Notes: a model not told the origin generated them from the sequence alone. Positions 48,519-59,566 are shown, numbered from the stretch's first letter. The stretch: 64,000 nt of DNA from Gemmatimonadota bacterium (GCA_003223455.1 QHVE01000014.1:63077-127076), one strand, 5' to 3'. Numbers and translations are program-made.

Positions 48519-49799
48519 ATGACACCGGAACCTGTCGCCACCTCCGCCATTCCGCGCCTCCCCAACACCGATCGATTGCGGCTGTCTCGGCGGCACGTCA
48601 TTGGCCTGGTCATCCTGGCTGCGTGCGGCTGTTCACCGATCGCGGCGACCGACGCACCCGGTGGCAGCACCCAGCTCCTCGTATGGGCGTGGGACGTCGA
48701 CAAGGACTCCGACGATTTCCTGGCCGTCGTGGACGTGGATCGCCGTTCGCCGACCTACGGACAGGTCCTCCGCACATTGCCCGCACGGGGCGGGCGCGGC
48801 GCGCATCACGTCGAATACGAGATGACGACGAGTCAGCTCTTTGCCAATTCATTCGAGACCGGGCGCACGTTCGTCTTCGACCTCGGCGATCCGGGCCACC
48901 CGCGACAGCTCAGTGAATTCGGCGATGTGGGTGCGTACTCGCACCCACACAGCTACGCCCGCACGCCGAGCGGCACCGTGCTCGGCACGTTCCAGGGTCT
49001 CGCATCGGATCACCGTGCGGTCGGCGGTCTCGTCGAGATGGACGACCACGGGAAGCTGATTCGGGCTGCGAGCGCAGCAAATCGCCTCGATCCGGATCTT
49101 CGCCCCTACAGCCTGACGATCGTCCCGCAGCTCGACCGCGTCGTCACCACGTCAGCCGACATGCACGGGATGCTGGTTGGGCGGTCGGTTCAGGTCTGGC
49201 GTCTTTCGGACCTGACGCTGCTGCACACGGTGCTGCTGCCGCCCGGACCGCGTGGCGACGAGCACCTGCATCCCGCAGAAGCGCGAGTGCTTGCCGATGG
49301 AAAGTCCGTCATGGTCACGACGTTTCGCTGCGGGATGTACCTGCTCACGGAGCTCGACGGAATTCCTGTCGCCCGGCTGACGCGCTCCTTTCCGTGGTCG
49401 GCGGTGGCGGGCGAGGATACCGACTGCAACGTTCCCGTGCGGTTCGGCCGTTTCTGGATTCAGCCGGTCGGCACCACCGGAGCGGTCGTGGTGTTGGATG
49501 TATCGAGACCGGAAAAGCCGGTGATCGTGGACGAACTTCCTTTCGGGGTCGATGCCCGCCCCCACTGGCTCGCGATCGAACCCGGCGGAAGGCGCCTCGT
49601 GATGACCGGCGGAGGCACGCTCGCCGGCGGGGTTTACCTGATCGACATGAATCCGGAGACGGGAAAGCTCACGCTCGCGGGCGATCTTCCACCAGGCGGG
49701 TCCCGCATTCCCGGGATCCGATTCGACCGGGACGAGTGGCCTCATGGCAAGACCGGTCCGGCGTTCGCGCATGGCGCCGTGTTCAGTCCCGCGAAATGA
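48519..49799 (+). CDS. SBP56 (selenium-binding protein / methanethiol oxidase)-like beta-propeller lipoprotein, paralogue 1
   Basis: The start is placed at MTPEPVATS.... It has a Tat-like SRRHVIG plus lipobox LAACG. Blocks LLVWAWDVDKDSDDFLAVVDVDRRSPTYGQVLRTLP...AHHVEY, YSHPHS, GGLVEMDD and VQVWRLSDL parallel the N-terminal and propeller blocks of eukaryotic SELENBP1. Confidence 0.65.
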   Translation: MTPEPVATSAIPRLPNTDRLRLSRRHVIGLVILAACGCSPIAATDAPGGSTQLLVWAWDVDKDSDDFLAVVDVDRRSPTYGQVLRTLPARGGRGAHHVEYEMTTSQLFANSFETGRTFVFDLGDPGHPRQLSEFGDVGAYSHPHSYARTPSGTVLGTFQGLASDHRAVGGLVEMDDHGKLIRAASAANRLDPDLRPYSLTIVPQLDRVVTTSADMHGMLVGRSVQVWRLSDLTLLHTVLLPPGPRGDEHLHPAEARVLADGKSVMVTTFRCGMYLLTELDGIPVARLTRSFPWSAVAGEDTDCNVPVRFGRFWIQPVGTTGAVVVLDVSRPEKPVIVDELPFGVDARPHWLAIEPGGRRLVMTGGGTLAGGVYLIDMNPETGKLTLAGDLPPGGSRIPGIRFDRDEWPHGKTGPAFAHGAVFSPAK

Positions 49800-50017
49800 G
49801 CTCGACCCTCGCGGGAGGAAAGGAGTGATGGGTGCAACGCACCCGTGGTCTCTCGTTCACGCATCCCCGCCTGCGGTCCAACATGCGCTGAGCTGCCAAG
49901 CGGCGATGGAAACCTGCTCGTCGCCCGATTGGAGTCTGCGTTCCCAGTACAAGCTTCCGCTGACGAACGACTCAATGAAGCTCGGTTCGCTCGCATTTCG
50001 TCGTACTCGTTCGCAGC

Positions 50018-50596
50018 TTGGCTCTGGTAAGTGGGCACACGATTTCACTGGTTGACCGAGTGTCGCGATATCCAGGGTCACGGCCCATCCGCGCTGCGGT
50101 ATGGCTCGTCGTCGCATTCTGGGGTGCACCGAAACCGGCGAGTGCTCAAGTGGTCACCGCTGACAGCATCGCCGTCGAGCGCACCTCGGGCTTCGGCCTG
50201 CAGGCGGCGTATCGAATCTCCGTAGATCGCACTGGGCGCGTCCGCTTCAGTCGCCAACCTGCGCGTCGTTCATCGGCAGGACCTCGCCGTGCCAACGGCC
50301 GACTTGCGCCAGGGACGTTCGAATGGCTCGTGCGCCGCGCGGGGAGCACCGGCTTCTTCGAAATGCCGAGTGAGGTCAGGACGGATCCGGCCCTCTGCCC
50401 GACGTGGCGTTCAGACGCGACGACCGTGATCATCGCCGTGTACAGCCGCTCGGAGAGTAGGCGAGTCACCACCGATGAGGGCTGTATGGGCGCGTCAGGC
50501 GAGGACCACGTACGCCAGGTGCAAGCCATGCTCGATTTCGCGGCCGCCATCGACAGCGTGGCTGGCACGAAACGCTGGCTGCCTCGCGATCGTTGA
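50018..50596 (+). CDS. hypothetical secreted protein
   Basis: Has a signal-like segment AAVWLVVAFWGAPKPASAQ. I recognise no family and codon bias is only moderately genome-like. Confidence 0.4.
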   Translation: MALVSGHTISLVDRVSRYPGSRPIRAAVWLVVAFWGAPKPASAQVVTADSIAVERTSGFGLQAAYRISVDRTGRVRFSRQPARRSSAGPRRANGRLAPGTFEWLVRRAGSTGFFEMPSEVRTDPALCPTWRSDATTVIIAVYSRSESRRVTTDEGCMGASGEDHVRQVQAMLDFAAAIDSVAGTKRWLPRDR

Positions 50597-50698
50597 GCGC
50601 CCAGCTGACGAACCTGCAACTGACGGGCGACTAGTGTACGGAAGAGTGGCGGTCGCCGCTCCATGCCGGACGTTTCGGTCAGGAATGAGAGGAGACGG

Positions 50699-51151
50699 AT
50701 GACTCTTACGCGGATGGACAACGTAGGCATCGTGGTAGAATCCCTCGATGCCGCCATCGCATTCTTCGCCGAGCTTGGCCTGAAGCTCGAAGGGCGAGCC
50801 ACGATCGAGGGAGAGTGGGCCGGGCGCGTCACGGGGCTGGCGGCCCAGCGCGTCGAGATCGCCATGATGGTCACCCCGGACGGCCACAGTCGGCTCGAGC
50901 TCTCGCGATTCCTCGCGCCGCCCGTCGTCGCCGATCACCGGAACGCCCCGGTGAACGCTCTCGGTTACCTGCGCGTCATGTTCGCCGTGGAGGACATCGA
51001 CGAGACGCTCGCCAGGCTCCGCGAGCGTGGTGCGCAGCTCGTCGGCGAAGTGGTTCAGTACGAAGACGCGTATCGGCTCTGCTACATCCGTGGCCCCGAA
51101 GGACTTCTGATCGGACTCGCCGAGCAGCTCAGGCAAGGCGTTCCTGCATAG
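50699..51151 (+). CDS. VOC-family (glyoxalase/bleomycin resistance/dioxygenase) protein
   Basis: Starts MTLTRMDNVGIVVESLDAAIAFFAELGLKLEG, continues with ...LRVMFAVEDIDETLARLRERGAQLVGEVV...YIRGPEGLLIGLAE. Confidence 0.85.
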   Translation: MTLTRMDNVGIVVESLDAAIAFFAELGLKLEGRATIEGEWAGRVTGLAAQRVEIAMMVTPDGHSRLELSRFLAPPVVADHRNAPVNALGYLRVMFAVEDIDETLARLRERGAQLVGEVVQYEDAYRLCYIRGPEGLLIGLAEQLRQGVPA

Positions 51152-51234
51152 GCGCATTTGCCTCGCGGCGTGGCCTCGCAGCTGAGCTCGGGCGCTCGAC
51201 CGTCACCCTACCAACCGTGGACAACGTGTTCAAC

Positions 51235-51951
51235 ATGATCGCGGCGGGTAATCAGCTCCGATCAACCGAGGCCCGCGAACTGCACGAGCGCGGCTTCGTC
51301 GTGCTACCCGGTCCGATGTCGGCGGGAAGTATGGAGCGAGTGTCCAGCGCATACGATTCCATCGTGGCGTCAGCGATGACCGATGATGTGCATACCGGTA
51401 GCACGACGACGCGCGTTACCGATTTTGTGAACCGTGGCGATGAGTTCGATGCGCTCTACGTCTTCGCGCCCCTGCTGGAGGCGTGTTGCCGCGTCATCGG
51501 CCGAGACTTCAAGCTCAGCTCGATGCACGCGCGCACTCTGCGGCCGCACAGTCTCGCGCAAGAGCTTCACGTCGACGTACGCCGCGATTCGACGGATTGG
51601 CCGCTGGTCGGCTTCATCCTGATGATCGACGAGTTCCGCAGCGATAACGGCGCGACGCGTTTCGTGCCGGGTACGCATCACGGGTCGGACGTACCGGAGC
51701 AGGTGTTGGCCGATCGGCGGGCGGACTACGATGGTCAGGTCCTGGCGTCCGGCCCAGCGGGCTCGCTGATCATCTTCAATGGGTCGGCATGGCATGGTCA
51801 CACCGCCAACACATCCGACGCGCCGCGCCGTTCCGTTCAGGGTGCGTTCATTCCGCGAGACGGACGCGCCGCGACTGACTTCTCGGGACGCATGCGGTCG
51901 GAGACTCGCGCGCGACTCGGTCCGCTCGCGCAGTATGTGCTCGGGCTCTAG
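51235..51951 (+). CDS. phytanoyl-CoA dioxygenase (PhyH)-family Fe(II)/2-oxoglutarate oxygenase
   Basis: Contains ELHERGFVVLPG, the HxD facial-triad region QELHVDV, NGATRFVPGTHH, and a distal His in SAWHGHTANTS with the Arg RRSVQG. Confidence 0.8.
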   Translation: MIAAGNQLRSTEARELHERGFVVLPGPMSAGSMERVSSAYDSIVASAMTDDVHTGSTTTRVTDFVNRGDEFDALYVFAPLLEACCRVIGRDFKLSSMHARTLRPHSLAQELHVDVRRDSTDWPLVGFILMIDEFRSDNGATRFVPGTHHGSDVPEQVLADRRADYDGQVLASGPAGSLIIFNGSAWHGHTANTSDAPRRSVQGAFIPRDGRAATDFSGRMRSETRARLGPLAQYVLGL

Positions 51952-52056
51952 GCCGATGACACGGCCCCACGGGTGCGGCATCGAAGGAGCATCTCGCGCC
52001 GGCGTGAGCGTAGAAGCCGCACGTCCCGGATCGCCATCCTCGGCTGGGAGCAAAAA

Positions 52057-52704
52057 ATGACTCGTGTACGCGTGCACAACTTCACGATCTCGCTCGACGG
52101 GTACGGCGCTGGCCCGCTCCAGACTCGCGAGGATCCCCTCGGCGTTGGTGGTGAAGCGCTGCACGACTGGTTCATCCCGACCCGCGCGTTCCAGCGCATC
52201 AATGGCAAAGCCGGCGGCACCACCGGCGTCGATGACGACATCGCGGCGCGTTTTGGAGAGGGCGTCGGCGCGTGGATCATGGGACGCAACATGTTCGGCC
52301 CGATTCGTGGTCCGTGGCCCGATGACGCCTGGCGGGGCTGGTGGGGGAAGAACCCGCCGTACCACGGCCCAGTGTTCGTGTTGACCCATCACGCCCGCCC
52401 GCCGATCCAGATGGAAGGCGGCACGGTGTTCCACTTCGTCACGGGTGGTCCCCGCGAGGCGCTCGGACGAGCGACGGAGGCAGCGGAGGGAAAGGATGTG
52501 CAGATCGGCGGCGGCGTGGCGACGATCCGCCAGTACCTCGAAGCGGGGCTCATCGACGAGCTGCACGTGGCGATCGCGCCCAGGCTACTCGGGTCCGGCG
52601 AGCATCTCTTGTACGGCCTCGATCTCCCGGCGCTGAGCTACGAGTGCACCACCCATGTGCCCACCGCCGCCGCAACCCATGTCGTGCTGACCAGGCGTCA
52701 GTGA
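52057..52704 (+). CDS. dihydrofolate-reductase-like (RibD C-terminal domain) family protein
   Basis: Starts MTRVRVHNFTISLDGYGAGP and continues with ...AWIMGRNMF...VFVLTHH...QIGGGVATIRQYLEAGLIDELHVAIAP. Confidence 0.85.
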   Translation: MTRVRVHNFTISLDGYGAGPLQTREDPLGVGGEALHDWFIPTRAFQRINGKAGGTTGVDDDIAARFGEGVGAWIMGRNMFGPIRGPWPDDAWRGWWGKNPPYHGPVFVLTHHARPPIQMEGGTVFHFVTGGPREALGRATEAAEGKDVQIGGGVATIRQYLEAGLIDELHVAIAPRLLGSGEHLLYGLDLPALSYECTTHVPTAAATHVVLTRRQ

Positions 52705-52792
52705 GTCGCGCGATCGCCGCTCGGAACTACTTCATCTGGGCAACGGCAGGCAGAGCCGTGTAGCGGCGCGCCAGCGCCAGGTGATCGGGCGC

Positions 52793-54493
<1,701 letters not shown>

Positions 54494-54523
54494 AGGCTTC
54501 CGGAATATAGCCGGGGCCCCGAA

Positions 54524-55021
54524 CTACTTCATCGCGAGCACGTGCGCCACGAACTGATCGACGGCGATCTCGGTGCCCTGGTAAAAGCCACTCGTCTTGT
54601 TCGTCTCGAGGTCGGCTTCGTTCCGGTGGAGCGCCGTGAAGACGTAGCGAGTGCCGGTGCCCACCGTCTCCATCGTCATGATGGCGGTGATCGGAATGTC
54701 ATCGAAGACCGCCGGACGATAGCCGGGGAACAACATCGAGGTCCAGACGAGTCGTTCCATCGGAATGACTTCCAGGATACAGCCCAGGTTGGGCACGTCC
54801 GGACCGTCTTTCACTGCGATGTCGATGCCGATGATGCCGCCCGGTCGAAGGTCCATTTCGGCTCGCGACACCCGCCCCCAGGCCCTGGGCATGTACCACT
54901 CCTTGAGATGCTCCGGTTTCGTCAGCGCTTCCCAGACGAGCCGCGTGGGGGCGTCGATGAACCGCTCGATGGCGAAATCGAGTTTCGGATTGATCGCGAA
55001 TTGCTGGGTCATGGTTGTCAT
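54524..55021 (-). CDS. SRPBCC-superfamily (Aha1/BPI domain) protein
   Basis: Contains LDFAIERFIDAPTRLVWEALTKPEHLKEWY, typical of Aha1-domain proteins. ATGA overlap with the upstream arsR-type gene, which is the classic ArsR-SRPBCC pair. Confidence 0.85.
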   Translation of the reverse strand: MTTMTQQFAINPKLDFAIERFIDAPTRLVWEALTKPEHLKEWYMPRAWGRVSRAEMDLRPGGIIGIDIAVKDGPDVPNLGCILEVIPMERLVWTSMLFPGYRPAVFDDIPITAIMTMETVGTGTRYVFTALHRNEADLETNKTSGFYQGTEIAVDQFVAHVLAMK

Positions 55022-55362
55022 TCTTTCTCCTTGAGTTGTTTGACGTAGTCATCGAACCGGTCCAGCCGGGCTTCCCACAACCGACGGCGCGCGGTCAGCC
55101 AGTCTTCGACGACCTTGAACCGTTCGGGTGCGATCTCATAGGTCCGTACCCGTCCGCGCTTCTTCGACTTGACCAGTCGGCTCTGCTCGAGCACCGAGAG
55201 GTGCTGCACGAACGAGGGGAGCTGCATATCGAACGGTGCCGCCAGCTCGCTGACGGTGGCCGGTCCGACGGACAATCGCTCCAGGACTTTCCGCCGAGTC
55301 GGGTTGGACAAGGCGTGAAACACGTCGTCAGCGGCTGCGGATTGCACCATGTCCGACACCAT
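55018..55362 (-). CDS. ArsR/SmtB-family HTH transcriptional regulator
   Basis: Contains VFHALSNPTRRKVLERLSVGPATVSELAAPFDMQLPSFVQHLSVLEQSRLVKSKKRGRVRTYEI. Confidence 0.9.
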   Translation of the reverse strand: MVSDMVQSAAADDVFHALSNPTRRKVLERLSVGPATVSELAAPFDMQLPSFVQHLSVLEQSRLVKSKKRGRVRTYEIAPERFKVVEDWLTARRRLWEARLDRFDDYVKQLKEKE

Positions 55363-55395
55363 CCAGATGCTCGGGTTATCCGATCCGACGGAAGC

Positions 55396-55436
55396 ATTCT
55401 ACAACGGGATGACACTTTTGTAAATACCTAAGTATT
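55396..55436 (-). promoter_or_regulatory. near-consensus sigma70 promoter with overlapping dyad operator for the arsR-SRPBCC operon
   Basis: The minus strand reads TTTACA (complement of 55419-55424), a 17-nt spacer, then TAGAAT (complement of 55396-55401), about 34 nt upstream of the ATG. The dyad AATAC-CTAA-GTATT (55423-55436) overlaps the -35. Confidence 0.5.
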
Positions 55437-55546
55437 AGTGAGCTGCGAGATGATGGAAGCTGCGTGGCGGGGCCTGGCTCATCCGACGTCGGACGGCTCT
55501 ATTCGACGGGCTCGAGCGTCGGGCGCCCATCTTCAACGAGGAACGC

Positions 55547-56857
55547 GTGAAGACCTTGCTTCTTTTTGCCGCGGCAGCAGTGGTGGGCGCCCTTGCCTGG
55601 GGCTTCACGACCGGGGCGCAGGCGGTACCCGCCAGGAGCGTCTCGCGCAGAGTGGAAGTGGACTCGGCGTGGTCGGCGACGCTCTCGGGTGATCCGACTG
55701 CTGCGACCGCCGCCTTTCTGGCGCGCGTTCCGGCAGATGTGCGCGCTCGCGGCGACGCGTTCGGGAATACCCGTTACATCGCCCTGCTGGGTCGTGTCGC
55801 AGTGCTGGCCGGTACCATCGCCATCCTCATGTTCTCGGGCGCAGCCATCGGCATGCGCGATCTGGCGCGCCGGATCACATCGCGGGTGCCACTGCAAGAC
55901 GCCATCGTTGCGGTGCAGACGCTCGCCGCGTTCTTCCTGCTCTCGCTCCCGATCGAGACATACGCCGGCTTCGTCCGGGTGCATCATGCGGGATTCTCGC
56001 GCATGTCCTATGCGACCTGGCTGGGCGACGCTGTGCTGAGCTGGGCGGTCGCGGTCCCGTTCTTCGCTGTCGGCGTGGTGGCCATCTACGCGTTGATTCG
56101 CCGGCGCCCCCAGTCGTGGATGGTGTGGGCCACAGGAGTGTACGCCCTGCTCACGGCCGTTTTCATCCTGCTCATGCCGCAGTTCATCGCCCCGCTGTTC
56201 AACACCATCGCACCGATGGCCGACGGGCCCCAGAAGCAGGCGATCCTGTCGCTCGCGCGCGCGAACGGTGTCCCGGCGAATGACGTCTTCGTCCAGAATG
56301 CTTCCCGGCAGAGCGAATTGCTGAACGCTCATGTCACCGGCTTTGGCGGAACGGCGCAGATCGTTCTCGACGACAACACCATCACGAAGACGCCGGACGC
56401 CGAAGTGAGACTGGTGATGGCGCACGAGATCGGGCACTACGTTCTCGCACACGTCGCGAAGGGGATCGTCTTCGATACGCTGCTCACCGCACTCGGCTTC
56501 CTGTTCGTCGGCTGGGGCGCGACACGGTTGATCTCGCGGTTCGGAGACCGATGGGGTGTCAGCGGCCTGCGCGACGTTGGTGCATTCCCCGTGTTCTGGG
56601 GCCTGCTGATGTTGTGGGGATTCCTCGCGTTGCCGCTGAGCAACGGAATCGCCCGCGAGCAGGAGGCCGAGGCCGACATGTTTGGAATCAATGCGTCACA
56701 ATCGCCACTGGGCCTGGCGGAATTCATGATCCGCGATGCGGACGCGGGCCAGCTCGATCCATCACCGCTGGTAGAGTCGGTGTTCTACAATCACCCCAGC
56801 CCACGAAACCGAATCTTCCGCGCCATGCGATGGCGCGCCGAGCACCAGAAGCCGTAG
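55547..56857 (+). CDS. M48-family (Ste24/HtpX-like) zinc metallopeptidase
   Basis: Has a signal peptide, several TM helices, the zinc site VMAHEIGHYVLAH, and a downstream EQEAEAD. Confidence 0.85.
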   Translation: MKTLLLFAAAAVVGALAWGFTTGAQAVPARSVSRRVEVDSAWSATLSGDPTAATAAFLARVPADVRARGDAFGNTRYIALLGRVAVLAGTIAILMFSGAAIGMRDLARRITSRVPLQDAIVAVQTLAAFFLLSLPIETYAGFVRVHHAGFSRMSYATWLGDAVLSWAVAVPFFAVGVVAIYALIRRRPQSWMVWATGVYALLTAVFILLMPQFIAPLFNTIAPMADGPQKQAILSLARANGVPANDVFVQNASRQSELLNAHVTGFGGTAQIVLDDNTITKTPDAEVRLVMAHEIGHYVLAHVAKGIVFDTLLTALGFLFVGWGATRLISRFGDRWGVSGLRDVGAFPVFWGLLMLWGFLALPLSNGIAREQEAEADMFGINASQSPLGLAEFMIRDADAGQLDPSPLVESVFYNHPSPRNRIFRAMRWRAEHQKP

Positions 56858-56976
56858 GGCGACTGCCTCGCTACGCCGGGCGCTCATGTGATCGGACGGC
56901 GGCGCAACATGGGCGCGTCCACCGCTGACCTCCGACAGGCGTAGCCAGTCCCGCGGCTCGCCCCGCATATTCGGGG

Positions 56977-59097
56977 ATGTCCGTTCCCGCCAAAGAGCAG
57001 CGAGGCAAAGCAGGACGCAGCGCCCGGCCCGCCGATCAATCCGCACCGACGGCGTTCTCGCTGCCGGCGCGTGCGCTCTGGTATGCACTGGCGATCTTCC
57101 TCGGCAGCACGCTGCTGTTTCTGCTCGAGCCGATCGCGGCCAAACGGCTCGTCCCGCTGCTCGGCGGATCGGCGGCCGTCTGGACCGCGTGCCTCGTCTT
57201 CTTCCAGACGGCGCTGCTGCTCGGCTACTACGCCGCGCATCTGCTGGTCACACACACGACGCTGCGCACGCAGGTGACGGCGTACGTCGGGCTGCTCGGC
57301 CTATCCGTCGTGCAACTCGTGCGCGCCGTCGACCCCACCCTGCGGGCCAGTGTCGAACGACCGATCGCCAGCGTCCTGTGGCTGCTCTCGGCCCTCATCG
57401 GCCTGCCGTTCGTCACGCTCTCGGCGACGAGCCCGCTGCTGCAGGCGTGGTTCGCGCGCACGACGCCGCGAGAGCAGGCCGACGCATACAGACTGTTCGC
57501 GATCTCGAACGTCGGTTCGATCGTCGCGCTGCTGGCGTACCCGTGGCTGATCGAGCCGCGTCTGACGCTGCGCGTGCAGACGATACTCGTTGCCGTCGTG
57601 CTCGCCATGCTGTCGATCCTCGCCGGCGTCATGGGCGCTTCCGTGCGGAGAAGCGAGAACGACGGGCAGACCGCGGCAACCGCCGAATCCGCGGCCGTTC
57701 CGGCGGCCACACGCGCGCTGTGGGTCGCGCTGGCGGCGTGCGCGTCGCTGCTCCTCGCGGCGACGACGACGCACATCAGCCAGAACGTCGTCGCGCTTCC
57801 GCTCGTCTGGATCGTTCCGCTCGTCGCGTATCTGTCGAGCTTCGTCGTCGCGTTCTCGACGCGCGCGTGGCCGCCCCGCTGGCTGGTGGTCGGCCTCGCC
57901 ATCATCGGCCTGATCGTGAGCGCCGATCTGGTCGATGCGGGGGTGCTCGAGTTTCCGGTCCTTCTCGCCACGGCGGTGTTCTGCGTCGCGCTGTTCTTCC
58001 TGTGCCTGTTCCTGCACAGCGAGCTCTATCGCCGCCGCCCCGCGCCGGAGCATCTCACGTCGTTCTACCTGCACGTGGCGGCGGGTGGCGCGCTCGGATC
58101 GGTCCTCGTCGGCATCGTCGCACCGCTGGTGCTGCCCGGCGAGTATGACCTCGCGATCGGCCTCCTGCTCACTGCGGCGCTTGGCCTCGTCGTCGCCTGG
58201 GCCGGCAGTCGCGTGATGCGCGTCGTCTGGGCCGCGCTGGTCGCGGTGGGAATCGCCCTCGTCACGAGCCAGGTGGGCGGCGAGAGCGGCGCGATCGTGC
58301 GGGTGCGCAACTTCTATGGTACGGTGCGCGTCACGCAGGCATACGATGCGCAGCACGCGGAGGTCCGCTCCCTCTATCACGGCGTCATCGTGCATGGACG
58401 CCAGATCTTCCGATCCGAGCTGCGTCGCGTGCCGATCACGTACTACGCGCACACGTCGGGGGTGGGGCTGGCGCTCGACCAGTGCTGCGGCGGTCGGCCG
58501 CGACGCATCGGCGTGATCGGACTCGGCGCCGGCAGCGTGGCCGTCTACGGCAACCCGGGCGACACGATCAGGTTCTACGAGATCAACCGAGCGGTCGAGG
58601 ACATCGCGAGGTCGAGCTTCACGTTTCTCAGCGACTCACCCGCGTTCACGCAGGTCGTCCTCGGCGACGCGCGCGTCTCGCTCACCGCCGAGCCGCCGCA
58701 ACGGTACGACGTGCTGATCGTCGATGCGTTTTCCGGAGACGCCGTGCCGGCGCATCTCCTCACGGTGCAGGCGCTCGAGGTCTATCGCCGCCACCTCGCT
58801 CCCGGCGGGATCATCGCGTTCAACGTGTCGAATGACTTCCTGGCGCTCGCGCCCGTGCTCGAGCAACTCGCCCGCCACGCCGGCATGCAGGCGGTTCGCG
58901 TGATCGATCACCAGGATCTCGCACGCCACGTGTTCGACTCGGAGTGGGTCCTGGTCACGGCCAATGCCGAGTTTCTGGCCAACCCGGCGATCGTGCGCGC
59001 TCGCCTGCCGATCGACGTTCCGGCCGGGCTGCGCCTGTGGACCGACGACTACAGCAGCCTGTTCCCGCTCATCAAGGTCGCACAGAGAGTCTTCTGA
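56977..59097 (+). CDS. fused polytopic-membrane / spermidine-synthase-like (class I MTase fold) protein
   Basis: The N-terminal ~450 aa have many TM helices. The C-terminal part reads IGVIGLGAGSVAVYG...FYEINRAVEDIA...DVLIVDAFSGDAVPAHLLT...LAPGGIIAFNVSN, a spermidine-synthase-type fold. Confidence 0.8.
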   Translation: MSVPAKEQRGKAGRSARPADQSAPTAFSLPARALWYALAIFLGSTLLFLLEPIAAKRLVPLLGGSAAVWTACLVFFQTALLLGYYAAHLLVTHTTLRTQVTAYVGLLGLSVVQLVRAVDPTLRASVERPIASVLWLLSALIGLPFVTLSATSPLLQAWFARTTPREQADAYRLFAISNVGSIVALLAYPWLIEPRLTLRVQTILVAVVLAMLSILAGVMGASVRRSENDGQTAATAESAAVPAATRALWVALAACASLLLAATTTHISQNVVALPLVWIVPLVAYLSSFVVAFSTRAWPPRWLVVGLAIIGLIVSADLVDAGVLEFPVLLATAVFCVALFFLCLFLHSELYRRRPAPEHLTSFYLHVAAGGALGSVLVGIVAPLVLPGEYDLAIGLLLTAALGLVVAWAGSRVMRVVWAALVAVGIALVTSQVGGESGAIVRVRNFYGTVRVTQAYDAQHAEVRSLYHGVIVHGRQIFRSELRRVPITYYAHTSGVGLALDQCCGGRPRRIGVIGLGAGSVAVYGNPGDTIRFYEINRAVEDIARSSFTFLSDSPAFTQVVLGDARVSLTAEPPQRYDVLIVDAFSGDAVPAHLLTVQALEVYRRHLAPGGIIAFNVSNDFLALAPVLEQLARHAGMQAVRVIDHQDLARHVFDSEWVLVTANAEFLANPAIVRARLPIDVPAGLRLWTDDYSSLFPLIKVAQRVF

Positions 59098-59150
59098 GGC
59101 GTGCAGGCGATGTCGTACCACTGTCTCTCCCCCAACACGACACATTCCGC

Positions 59151-59546
59151 ATGGGCCTCCGATCGACCATCACGGCTGTCGCGGGTGTGTTCGTGCTCGC
59201 GCGTTCCGCGCACGGCCAGACACCGAGTGCGGCGAACCCCGTCGGCGTCTGGCGCGGCACGTCGTCGTGTACCGTGCGACCGTCGCCCTGCAAGGACGAG
59301 ATCGCCGTCTACCGTATCACGCGCACCACGCACGACAGCGTGTCGCTGGATGCACGCAAGCTCGTCGGCGGACGAGAAGAGGCGATGGGCGTCCTCGCGT
59401 GCCTCGCCGCGCCGAGGGGACAGATCACCTGCACGATGCCGAACGGGGTGTGGCACTTCACGATTCGTCGCGACAGCCTCGTCGGCGAGCTGCGGTTGAT
59501 GAACGACACGAAGTATCGCGACGTCCGCGCCGCCCGCTCACCCTAG
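59151..59546 (+). CDS. small secreted Cys-containing hypothetical protein
   Basis: Has the signal peptide MGLRSTITAVAGVFVLARSAHGQ and four Cys in the mature part. I recognise no family. Confidence 0.5.
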   Translation: MGLRSTITAVAGVFVLARSAHGQTPSAANPVGVWRGTSSCTVRPSPCKDEIAVYRITRTTHDSVSLDARKLVGGREEAMGVLACLAAPRGQITCTMPNGVWHFTIRRDSLVGELRLMNDTKYRDVRAARSP

Positions 59547-59566
59547 CCTCGCGCGAAGCGGCGCTC

